A stretch of DNA of 32,000 bases from sequence record NC_043027.1; one strand, given 5' to 3'. The notes below the pieces were generated by a model that was not told the DNA's origin, did not search any database, and saw only the letters and a program-made list of their open reading frames with translations. The stretch is from Bacillus phage PBS1. A program made the position numbers and the translations under genes. Positions 8,996 to 17,507 of this stretch are shown in pieces. Every line of letters starts with the position of its first letter. Positions within the stretch are counted from its first letter, which is position 1.

Positions 8996-10168
8996 TTATT
9001 TGACTCTTAATTTTTGCCCTACATAGATTTTATTAACATCAACTAATTTATTCCATGATTTAATTTGATCAATTGAAGAGCCAAATTTCTTAGCAATAGC
9101 TGATACATTATCTCCTGCTTTTACAGTATAATACTGTACAGATGATTTAGTGGAACTACCACTAGTAGGAATTTTAAGTGTTTGTCCTACAGAAATTTTA
9201 TTTGGATCTTTAATTCCGTTAGCTGATGCGATAGCATTAACTGTAGAGCCAAATTTCTTAGCAATAGCAGTTAAATTATCTCCTGCTTTTACTTTATAAG
9301 TTGTAGAAGAACTAGATGTCTTAGTAGAACTTACTGATTTAGAATTACCGCTAAGTTTAAGAACTTGACCTACATAGATTTTATTTGGATCTTTAATTCT
9401 ATTAATACTTTGAAGAGTAGAAACAGAAACTCCAAATTTACTAGCAATTTTGGAAAGAACATCACCTTTTTGCACTGTGTACGTACCAGAAGGTTTACTT
9501 TCTTTTTTAGGTGCTGACACTGTAACTGGTTTTACAGCAGATTCTGTTTTAACAACTTTTTTAACTCCACCAGTAAACCAAGTAAGTGATTTATCACCAT
9601 TTAGTAAATTCATGTCAAGAGTACCGTTATACCATGATACTTTCCCATATTCGGTATATTGCCAGATGCAACAAGGGAAATCTGGTTTTTTATTAGCTGT
9701 ACCATCATTACGACCATAACGAGGAATCCATAAGAAATCAGCATCAACTTTATTCAGTCCATAAGACATATAAAGATTGTGAGATACATAATAACCAGTC
9801 TTATAACCAGCTTTTCTACAAGTATCAATAAATGCTTGTGAAGCTTCTCTAAGATTAGCAGTTCCGCAAGATGCAACTGTATCATCCTCAACATCAAGAG
9901 CTAGAAATTTAGCATCTTTATCAATACGGCTTAAGAAATCATTTGCTTCAATAATAGCATCTTTAACTGATACATAGTGTCCATAAGCATAATGACCAAA
10001 AGGAATGCCATATTTCTTACAATTAGCCACATGATTTTTGTATTCTCGGTCAATAGTCTTTGAACCATATTGAACACGAATAATCATAAGATCTACTTCT
10101 TTAGCCGCTCTTGCCCAATCAATTGCACTTGAAGGTTGGTGGTGAGAAATATCAATAATGTAACCCAT
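8996..10168 (-). CDS. GH25-family lysozyme (endolysin) with three LysM domains
   Basis: N-terminal [35 protein letters not shown]...[10 protein letters not shown]...[12 protein letters not shown]-like...[11 protein letters not shown]...[10 protein letters not shown] typical of GH25. Three LysM repeats: [18 protein letters not shown]..., [18 protein letters not shown]..., [18 protein letters not shown].... AAGGAGGA RBS. Confidence 0.95.
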   Translation of the reverse strand: MGYIIDISHHQPSSAIDWARAAKEVDLMIIRVQYGSKTIDREYKNHVANCKKYGIPFGHYAYGHYVSVKDAIIEANDFLSRIDKDAKFLALDVEDDTVASCGTANLREASQAFIDTCRKAGYKTGYYVSHNLYMSYGLNKVDADFLWIPRYGRNDGTANKKPDFPCCIWQYTEYGKVSWYNGTLDMNLLNGDKSLTWFTGGVKKVVKTESAVKPVTVSAPKKESKPSGTYTVQKGDVLSKIASKFGVSVSTLQSINRIKDPNKIYVGQVLKLSGNSKSVSSTKTSSSSTTYKVKAGDNLTAIAKKFGSTVNAIASANGIKDPNKISVGQTLKIPTSGSSTKSSVQYYTVKAGDNVSAIAKKFGSSIDQIKSWNKLVDVNKIYVGQKLRVK

Positions 10169-10233
10169 ATATAAAAGTTCCTCCTTTAATTAAGATTAAT
10201 AAAATGTTACTTTAATAATGCGATAAAATAATA

Positions 10234-12006
10234 TTAGACATCTATAGGTATATTATTAATCTGTCTATCGTCTTCAAGCATCCAAGGCTTACCTTCATAT
10301 AGACTATTAGCTAAAGTAGTACTCTTAGATGATGTTGAGACTAATGGTGCTGACATAGATGCACTTTCTGTTGCCGCATATGCCTGTAGATCATTTATTA
10401 ATACTTTTTCAGTGTTTACTAAATTTAATCCACGTCCACCTGAAATGTTGGTTGTAATATAAATACGTTCAAATCGATGACCCATACCACCTGTTATTTG
10501 GATCGGTACAATATATTTAGATTCTAATACTTTAATATCCTTCATAAATAAACGATATTTTGTTGCCACTCCAAGTATACTTAAATTCTTAGATTTTTTG
10601 ACAGTAATATTATCAAATAGAACTTGACTTTCTGCATCGAAATCTATACCATAAGATTGGTTTTCAATGTCATTAAAATCTACAAGAATATTCAAAAAGT
10701 TCACTTCTGATGATCTAATTCGAATTCCTGAATAGCATCCTATTGCATGGAAATCTTTAATTCGAATACTTGTTGATCTAAAAATATCTAAACCTCTTGT
10801 TGATGAGTTATAAGCCTCATTTCCTATTAAAGAAATATTTGAAGAGGTATCAATTGAGAAAGCAATTCCATTTTCATTCATTACTTTATTACCTGAAATG
10901 GTTACATTGTCAGCATAATATGCAACTATGCCAACTGCAGATTCATGCATCTCATCAATTATATTACCAATAATATTAACACCTTTTCCTCGTGCATCAA
11001 TACCTTTATTAAATCCTTTGATTGTATTTCCAATAATCAAGGAATTATTACATTTTTGAGAGGATGATACACCATCTCCTTGAATGGCAGTATTTTTACC
11101 ATCAGTACGAACCATTGTATTATTAGAAATAAGTGTATCAGTACCACTTCCATAATTAATTACATGGTCAGACTGATTGTTTACAATACGTACACCATAA
11201 CCATTGAAGTTACTTACTGAAGCATTTATATTCCCTATAAATGTACATCCTTCAATAAGTACATCTCTAATTTCCTCATAGTCAATAGAACCTTCTCCAT
11301 AACCTTCAATATCAATACCAAAACGAGGGGCACAACCATCATCAGCACCAGCTTTAGTAATTATACAATCCTTAATTCTAACTACTTCTGCCGCTGTAAC
11401 TGAAATATTATTACGTCTATTATTGGAAATAAAACATTTCTCAATATGAATATTATAACAATAATGGTATTCTGATCCTGTATAGTTAAGTAATCCTTTA
11501 GCACCAAGAAAAATTCCATCACCTGTAAAATCCATGATTTTTAGTTTTTCAACATAGCCATCATGAGAACCATGAAAGTAAATACCATAACCCCATTCAT
11601 GAGTTTTCTTGTTTCCATCTTTTCCTTGAAAACTATAATCATGATCATAACGTTCTCCGACTAAGTAACCTCCTCCTGAAAATGAAACATTTTTCTCACT
11701 AGGGGCTACATAGAATAAAGTATAGCCATAAGAATCATTAGGTGCTACTTTTAATGTAGTATCAGGGGTGATTTCAATTTCTATATTTCCCGGAACACGA
11801 ATTCCAGCACCAATTTCAGGACTTGTTGTTGTATTACTTACTCCATTAATCATATAGGTTCCTTTAGGTAATGTTACTTTATAGTAACCCTCTGATTTTG
11901 CATACTCAATAGCTTTAATAAAACCATCTTTGTTAACAGTAGCATTAACAGGATCTGTACCTTCAACAATTCCCCATTGTGTTGGATCGATTACATAACT
12001 ATTCAA
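10234..12006 (-). CDS. Tail spike-like protein with right-handed beta-helix (pectate-lyase fold)
   Basis: N-terminal GFIKAIEYAKSEGYYKVTLPKGTYMINGVSN followed by many parallel-beta-helix-like repeats (NIHIEKCFISNNRRNNISV..., VLIEGCTFIGN..., VTISGNKVMNENG...). Confidence 0.8.
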   Translation of the reverse strand: MNSYVIDPTQWGIVEGTDPVNATVNKDGFIKAIEYAKSEGYYKVTLPKGTYMINGVSNTTTSPEIGAGIRVPGNIEIEITPDTTLKVAPNDSYGYTLFYVAPSEKNVSFSGGGYLVGERYDHDYSFQGKDGNKKTHEWGYGIYFHGSHDGYVEKLKIMDFTGDGIFLGAKGLLNYTGSEYHYCYNIHIEKCFISNNRRNNISVTAAEVVRIKDCIITKAGADDGCAPRFGIDIEGYGEGSIDYEEIRDVLIEGCTFIGNINASVSNFNGYGVRIVNNQSDHVINYGSGTDTLISNNTMVRTDGKNTAIQGDGVSSSQKCNNSLIIGNTIKGFNKGIDARGKGVNIIGNIIDEMHESAVGIVAYYADNVTISGNKVMNENGIAFSIDTSSNISLIGNEAYNSSTRGLDIFRSTSIRIKDFHAIGCYSGIRIRSSEVNFLNILVDFNDIENQSYGIDFDAESQVLFDNITVKKSKNLSILGVATKYRLFMKDIKVLESKYIVPIQITGGMGHRFERIYITTNISGGRGLNLVNTEKVLINDLQAYAATESASMSAPLVSTSSKSTTLANSLYEGKPWMLEDDRQINNIPIDV

Positions 12007-12073
12007 TCTTATTCCCCCAATATTTATTTAAAAATTAATGTGATAAATAGAAGATTAATAGATTAAATATACT

Positions 12074-12102
12074 TAGTGGTGTTAAAAATATCAACACCAC
12101 TA
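12074..12102 (-). terminator. Possible terminator hairpin downstream of the 12111-12989 gene
   Basis: 10-bp stem TAGTGGTGTT/AACACCACTA; the minus-strand 3' flank AAGTATATTT is only weakly U-rich. Confidence 0.45.
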
Positions 12103-12110
12103 TGGATTTA

Positions 12111-12989
12111 CTAAGACATTACTACTACACGGTATTGATTCAATGTAGGTGCTTGAGAGAAGCTAACAGTGATATTATTTTCATCTACTCTTACAATATC
12201 TGTACTAATATTAGCAAATGTTTCATTATCGAATACTTGTACAATAACATCACGAGTATTAAAATTATGATTAACTGTAAAAGATGTAGCAGTTCCATCC
12301 CCAATTGTTGATACAAATTTAGGATTTAAACTACCTACAATTTTTAGACCATCAGCGTCTGTTGCTAAACGTGAATCATTTAATTTAACTTTTAAGCTAC
12401 CATCAGTATTTTGCTCTAAACCAAGACCAGCTAAGTCTGTACCTAATTTAGTCTTAGTAATTGACTTATCAATTACCTCTAATTGATTCCCAACATTAAG
12501 ACCGATAGAGACATTATCAATTTTTACATTAAATGTATCATCAATATTTTCTAAACCTCTACCAGCATTAATTGTAGTTAGATCGGCGATTGACCAAGTA
12601 CTATTAGTATACTTGAAAAATTGTTTATCGCTTTTGCTAAATAATAATACACCATCACCTTTAGATGAAACATCATAGGTAACAACAAATTTAGATCCAT
12701 CATATTGAACGATATCTCCAGCTTCTAGACCTTCAATTGTTCCAAATGATGGATCAAGTGTAGTTGGATCTTTAATTACATAACGATCTCCAACAACAGG
12801 AGAATCAATTACCAATGTAGCATCAGATTGGATTGCTTTTACATCATTTTGAAAATCAAAATCAGTAATTGCTTTATCAATCTTATTTTCTACAAAGGAT
12901 TTACTTACTAAATCAGATCCTTCAGTCGGACTAGGTAAATTGACAATTTTAGCCACTCCACCCAAATCAATATTACTAAGAACTTTCAT
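12111..12989 (-). CDS. Putative tail fibre/appendage protein (292 aa)
   Basis: N-terminal MKVLSNIDLGGVAKIVNLPSPTEGSDLVSKSFVENKI resembles common phage fibre/baseplate segments; C-terminal DGTATSFTVNHNFNTRDVIVQVFD...VVVMS is typical of Gram-positive phage receptor-binding/fibre proteins. Confidence 0.65.
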   Translation of the reverse strand: MKVLSNIDLGGVAKIVNLPSPTEGSDLVSKSFVENKIDKAITDFDFQNDVKAIQSDATLVIDSPVVGDRYVIKDPTTLDPSFGTIEGLEAGDIVQYDGSKFVVTYDVSSKGDGVLLFSKSDKQFFKYTNSTWSIADLTTINAGRGLENIDDTFNVKIDNVSIGLNVGNQLEVIDKSITKTKLGTDLAGLGLEQNTDGSLKVKLNDSRLATDADGLKIVGSLNPKFVSTIGDGTATSFTVNHNFNTRDVIVQVFDNETFANISTDIVRVDENNITVSFSQAPTLNQYRVVVMS

Positions 12990-13029
12990 GACAACACCAT
13001 CCTTTATACCAGAATAATTTTTTGTTCTA

Positions 13030-13509
13030 TCAATCGATTATCAAAGTGAATATTTCATCATCGTCTGTTGGAGTTTTTAATAAAATAGAATTAGTACTCT
13101 GGTCTTCAGTATAGTCAATATTTAAGTCTTGAAATACACCATTCCTATATATTTTTAATGAACCACCAGTATTAAAGCTAAAAGGTACTGTAAAAGATGA
13201 TTGACCTTTTAATGGAGTTATTGTTTCTCTTTTCTTACTATTAGATCCATCAGTTATAGGTTTAAATATTGAACCATTCCAAATATAAATTTTATAATTA
13301 TCTTTTGTAAGATATAATTTATTTTGTATTTTTTCAGTTAAGGAATTTAATTCATCTTCACTTTCTACAACTATAAGATCTGATATTTTTAATTTTTGTC
13401 CATTGCTTCCTACTATATATAAATTTCTTTCATTAGTAAAAATAATAGTTCCTATAGTATTAATTGAATTTAATAATGATTCTTTAATAGCTCTAAATGA
13501 TAATTTCAA
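13030..13509 (-). CDS. Putative structural protein (159 aa)
   Basis: ORF between fibre-like genes; C-terminal GQSSFTVPFSFNTGGSLKIYRNGVFQDLNIDYTEDQS resembles fibre-type beta modules. Confidence 0.5.
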   Translation of the reverse strand: MKLSFRAIKESLLNSINTIGTIIFTNERNLYIVGSNGQKLKISDLIVVESEDELNSLTEKIQNKLYLTKDNYKIYIWNGSIFKPITDGSNSKKRETITPLKGQSSFTVPFSFNTGGSLKIYRNGVFQDLNIDYTEDQSTNSILLKTPTDDDEIFTLIID

Positions 13510-13554
13510 TTATTTTACCTCCTTATTCTTTTAGTTAATAATTTTTTAAAAAAT

Positions 13555-13917
13555 TTATAAATTAAATTCTTCCCATTCAAGAGATACACTATCACTTGCA
13601 ATAAATTTTTCTTCTGCTAAAGAGTATGATAGAATCGACTTATCTTTTATGTTTGTCATATCTACATCTGACATTTCAGATAATTTGGAAATAATTTTCT
13701 TTGCTTCCCATTTATTACTAACAGAATTGTAAGTTAGAACGAATCCATTCTCAATAGTTGGGTTAATACTAACATCATATAGAGAAGAAAGGTTTAACTT
13801 ACTTTCGATCTCTTGAATAATTCTATCAGGAGACCATGCATGATCGGTTCCAGTAGTATTATCATCTATAACAATACCGCTTACTTTATTTTGGTAAAAT
13901 CTAGGCACTATAATCAC
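13555..13917 (-). CDS. Putative structural protein (120 aa)
   Basis: Contains NGFVLTYNSVSNKWEAKKIISKLSEMSDVDMTNIKDKSILSYS, a segment typical of tail-fibre proteins. Confidence 0.5.
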   Translation of the reverse strand: MIIVPRFYQNKVSGIVIDDNTTGTDHAWSPDRIIQEIESKLNLSSLYDVSINPTIENGFVLTYNSVSNKWEAKKIISKLSEMSDVDMTNIKDKSILSYSLAEEKFIASDSVSLEWEEFNL

Positions 13918-14137
13918 ATCCCTATATTATTTAGATTTTAATAAGTTGTTCTCGTTTGTTCTAACTATTATTAATTCTTTTTAAAATTTAAAAGAATAGA
14001 TAACAGTTATATAGTTTGGAGAAATTTCAAACTAAAAAATAAATATATATTATTTTATTGAAAAATCTAAGATAATAGGTAACAAGCTATTACTTTAGAT
14101 TAAATAAAAATTATTTATATTACAGGAGGAATTTATC

Positions 14138-14905
14138 ATGGCATTGAAAAAGAAAGTAGTTCGCCCTAAAACATCTGGAGAAGTAGCGGCAGAAAAAGCA
14201 AAAGAGGAAGAAGTACAACAGCCAGTAGTAGAAACAACTGAGGAACCTAAAGTAGAAGCTAAAGAAGAAAAGAAAGCTACACCTAAGAAAAATGTTGCTA
14301 AAGCTACTAAAGAAGAAAAAGCTGAAGCTACATATACCGAAGAAAAACAAGAAGAGCCAGTAGAAGAAGTAGTTGAGGAACCTAAAGAAGAGAAAAAAGA
14401 AACTAAAACATCTCCTAAGAAAAAACCAGCAAGTAAAAAAGAAGCTAATAAAACTATTGCTCTTAAATCAGTTAATGACTCAGAAGAAGAAAGTGATAAC
14501 TCTGGTGGTCGTCGTGCTACTAGAAAATCTGTAATGAAACAAGTTCAAAAACATTTGGAAGATCAAGGAATTTCTATCACCCTAGACGCAGTTACAACTG
14601 TTGTAGGTGCTTTTGAAGAAGTTCTAGATGAAGTAACAAATCATAAAGATTTCAAATTCATGAACTCAATGATTAAACGTCAAGAGCGTTCTGGACAAGT
14701 TTATAAATCTCCAAAGGCTGGATATGATTCCTATAAAGCTGATCGTGTAGTAAAAACATTTACAAAAGATACAACTAATGTAGACAAGTTCCGTGGGCAA
14801 TATCTGAAAGATGAAGGTAAATTTATTGCTGATGGTAAGTTCAACTATGACACTGGTGAATTTGATCCAGTAGAACTTGAAATTGAAGTTGGTAAGAAAA
14901 AATAA
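14138..14905 (+). CDS. Hypothetical protein with Lys/Glu-rich N-terminal half (255 aa)
   Basis: Strong AGGAGG RBS 5' of the ATG. First ~110 aa low-complexity K/E/A; C-terminal part folded-looking (GQVYKSPKAGYDSYKADRVVKTFTKDTTNVDKFRGQYLKDEGKFIADGKFNYDTGEFDPVELEIEVGKKK). Confidence 0.75.
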   Translation: MALKKKVVRPKTSGEVAAEKAKEEEVQQPVVETTEEPKVEAKEEKKATPKKNVAKATKEEKAEATYTEEKQEEPVEEVVEEPKEEKKETKTSPKKKPASKKEANKTIALKSVNDSEEESDNSGGRRATRKSVMKQVQKHLEDQGISITLDAVTTVVGAFEEVLDEVTNHKDFKFMNSMIKRQERSGQVYKSPKAGYDSYKADRVVKTFTKDTTNVDKFRGQYLKDEGKFIADGKFNYDTGEFDPVELEIEVGKKK

Positions 14906-14912
14906 TATAAGA

Positions 14913-14951
14913 TAATGAAGGTAAATGAGATAATCTCATTTACCTTCATTA
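14913..14951 (+). terminator. Strong hairpin after the 14138-14905 gene, possible terminator or RNA-processing element
   Basis: AATGAAGGTAAATGAGA TAA TCTCATTTACCTTCATT: 17-bp perfect stem (18 with the flanking T/A), 3-nt loop. No strong U tract immediately after. Confidence 0.6.
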
Positions 14952-15009
14952 ATATTGTAAGGGGAATTATTTTTTGGATGAAGAAAATAAAGATTAAGGG
15001 GATCTATAT

Positions 15010-15507
15010 ATGAGACCAGATTTTACTGATAGAAATATTATCTATAATAAAAACATTTACGGAATAGGATATTATAATAAAAAGAGAAAGAGATATGAAT
15101 GGTTAGATGAATCTGTAAGTAATCTTCCGTTATTTACTTTTTCATTGAGAGATCTGATTAGACTAATTTCAAGAGATGAACAATCTAAATTAGACAATGG
15201 TTGGGAAATTTATCAAATGAAAGTAACTCTGGAGGATATTTCAAATATTTCGGGATCACCAACAGACCTAGAAAATTTAATGGTTAGTATGTCTAAAGAA
15301 ATTTGTTTTCCAGTCATTAATAGAATCTATTTTGCTATTTTTAATGGAGAAGGAGTTTATTGGACACTTGACTCATTAAGTAAAAATCTTGACAACCAGA
15401 AATTTGTTAAATTTGAAATTACTGAAATGCCTACACTAGTTGAGAGAACCAATGACCATTATATTACCTTAAATAATTGTAGTTATGATATAACTATTTT
15501 AAACTAA
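15010..15507 (+). CDS. Hypothetical phage protein (165 aa)
   Basis: ORF in the plus-strand operon. Confidence 0.6.
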   Translation: MRPDFTDRNIIYNKNIYGIGYYNKKRKRYEWLDESVSNLPLFTFSLRDLIRLISRDEQSKLDNGWEIYQMKVTLEDISNISGSPTDLENLMVSMSKEICFPVINRIYFAIFNGEGVYWTLDSLSKNLDNQKFVKFEITEMPTLVERTNDHYITLNNCSYDITILN

Positions 15508-15562
15508 TTCTTAAAATGATTTAATAGATATATAAGATTTATTTTTGGGAGGAAATATAACA

Positions 15563-16513
15563 ATGAAAAAGGTTTTATATGCAATAGGAACACCATTAGG
15601 AGAAACTGGTAAATTTAGTTTTATACCTAATGCCAATAATGATGGTCCAATGTTTGTTGAAGATAAAGAAAAATTGATTAAACTAATTTCAGATGATCCA
15701 GTAGCTTTTGATACATGGAATATATACGAATTTCCAGTGTTAGTGCATGACATAGACTATTATAGTGATTTTAGAGAAAAATCTTCTTTTACTTTAAGAA
15801 AAAATGAAAAATTTACTTGTTACTATAATAGTATTACTAAAGAGTTATTATGGAATTTTAAGCCTGATGAATTATTATGTGGAAAACCTGTTAGAATAAC
15901 GATTTTAGATAATCCTAGAATTATTAATGATAAAATAATCAATGACAATACCAATTATACTTCAAGAATTTCAGAAGATATTCTTGAATTTAATTTCGAT
16001 TTATTTATGAAAGTACAAAGAGAGATTTATTTAAAATATGAATTAAATACTAAAGATGAAGGAATTCACTTAACTGATAGATATTTTATGCAAATCTTTG
16101 AAGAGATTCATGAAGTAAAAAGAGAAGAAAATGATATGAAGGTAATAGAAGAAATATTAGATATTGTTATGTACCTCGGAAGTACATATTGTACATTTGA
16201 TAAAAACCTAATTGATCATGGTAAAAAAGTTTTTGTCAAGAAAGGCTATGAATATGGTTTTACTAAAAGAGATATTCACACTTTAATGGATAGAGTATCT
16301 TCTAGTTTAATGGTTGTAAGACGTTTGTATCCAGAAAGAAAATGGCATAGAAAGAATAGTAATACTATTGAAAACAGAGATAAAATTGCTATGGATACAA
16401 TTAGAGAATTAATTTGGGAATTATTAGAATATGTATTATTCATTAATCTAAATGGATTTAATGGTGTTATTGATTCTATGATGATTACTAAGCAACTAAA
16501 AAATCTAAAATAA
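15563..16513 (+). CDS. Hypothetical phage protein (about 316 aa)
   Basis: The provided ORF starts at TTG 15545, but GGGAGGAAA RBS precedes ATG at 15563 (MKKVLYAIGTPLGETGK...). Confidence 0.7.
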   Translation: MKKVLYAIGTPLGETGKFSFIPNANNDGPMFVEDKEKLIKLISDDPVAFDTWNIYEFPVLVHDIDYYSDFREKSSFTLRKNEKFTCYYNSITKELLWNFKPDELLCGKPVRITILDNPRIINDKIINDNTNYTSRISEDILEFNFDLFMKVQREIYLKYELNTKDEGIHLTDRYFMQIFEEIHEVKREENDMKVIEEILDIVMYLGSTYCTFDKNLIDHGKKVFVKKGYEYGFTKRDIHTLMDRVSSSLMVVRRLYPERKWHRKNSNTIENRDKIAMDTIRELIWELLEYVLFINLNGFNGVIDSMMITKQLKNLK

Positions 16514-16539
16514 AAGTTGTTATAAAGGGAGAGACTAAG

Positions 16540-16896
16540 ATGGCTGAATATTTGAAAATACCTAGTAAATTTAATGAAATTATAGAATTATTGAATAAAC
16601 ATGAATATAAAGATATTACTTGGAGTACTACACATGGATTTTACATTAGAGACTGCGCTGGATCGTCCATTGACGTTAGATTTAATTTTAATATTAATAG
16701 ATTTCTCGTGACTATAAGAGGAAGAAATTATGAAAATATTAATATTGATGAATTACAAAAATATATTGACGAATTAAATGAGACTAAAAATCTAATTGAT
16801 AAATTAAATAAGCTTCTTGAAGTAGATGATATCCCTGTACCAGATCTAGATAGTGGTACTCCCACTGAAAAAACTGAAGATGGACATGATTTTTAA
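16540..16896 (+). CDS. Hypothetical protein (118 aa)
   Basis: ORF with a purine-rich RBS (GGGAGA) upstream. Confidence 0.6.
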   Translation: MAEYLKIPSKFNEIIELLNKHEYKDITWSTTHGFYIRDCAGSSIDVRFNFNINRFLVTIRGRNYENINIDELQKYIDELNETKNLIDKLNKLLEVDDIPVPDLDSGTPTEKTEDGHDF

Positions 16897-16917
16897 TAAT
16901 AATTAATAGGGGGATTA

Positions 16918-17325
16918 ATGAAAATGAAGATGGATAATTGGTCAACTTTAAGACAGCGCTTAGTTGAGATTTATATTGGAGAAGTTGCCTGTAAGAAAGA
17001 AATTCAACATGTTCATAATGTCTTAAAAGAAATAGAAAGATTAAATGCTTTAGCATTAAATCCATTTGACAGGGCTTTAAAATTATTAAATGAATATAAT
17101 AACTCTGGTTTTGAATCTTTACAAGATGACTATAAGCTTATCTTCTCAATTAAAGATTGTTTTGAAAATAGAATTTCAGAAGAACGGAGATGGTCTATGT
17201 TAAAATTTTATTTAAAGCTTAAATTAAAAGAAAATTATGAACACAATGATCCAGAATTAATTCCTTATCTAGAATCTACATTGAAACTTATGGATAATCT
17301 TGAAATGGAAGTTAATAATCATTAA
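16918..17325 (+). CDS. Hypothetical protein (135 aa), possibly a tail chaperone/assembly-type protein by position only
   Basis: ORF immediately upstream of the tape-measure-like gene with a GGGG-type RBS; helix-rich; functional guess is positional. Confidence 0.5.
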   Translation: MKMKMDNWSTLRQRLVEIYIGEVACKKEIQHVHNVLKEIERLNALALNPFDRALKLLNEYNNSGFESLQDDYKLIFSIKDCFENRISEERRWSMLKFYLKLKLKENYEHNDPELIPYLESTLKLMDNLEMEVNNH

Positions 17326-17507
17326 TTTTAATGAAAATAATTAACAAGAAAATAATAATGGGTAATAAGGGTTATAATAATATAACTCTTATTATTCTAT
17401 TATTAATATTAAAATATTAATTTTTTTATTATATAAACAATATTATATAATATAATTTATAAATAATTATTTTTTTTTTATTTTATAAGTAAAGAAGGTG
17501 AAATAGT

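Noticed and set aside
8570-9719. Plus-strand ORFs 8570-8884 and 9450-9719
   Set aside because: Antisense shadows of the 8521-8913 and endolysin genes.
12102-12311. Plus-strand ORF (69 aa)
   Set aside because: Antisense to the fibre-like gene; no domain or RBS support.
14120-14350. Minus-strand ORF rich in Phe
   Set aside because: Shadow of the Lys/Glu-rich plus-strand gene.
15511-17065. Minus-strand ORFs 15511-15753 and 16784-17065
   Set aside because: Overlap well-supported plus-strand genes and lack RBS support.
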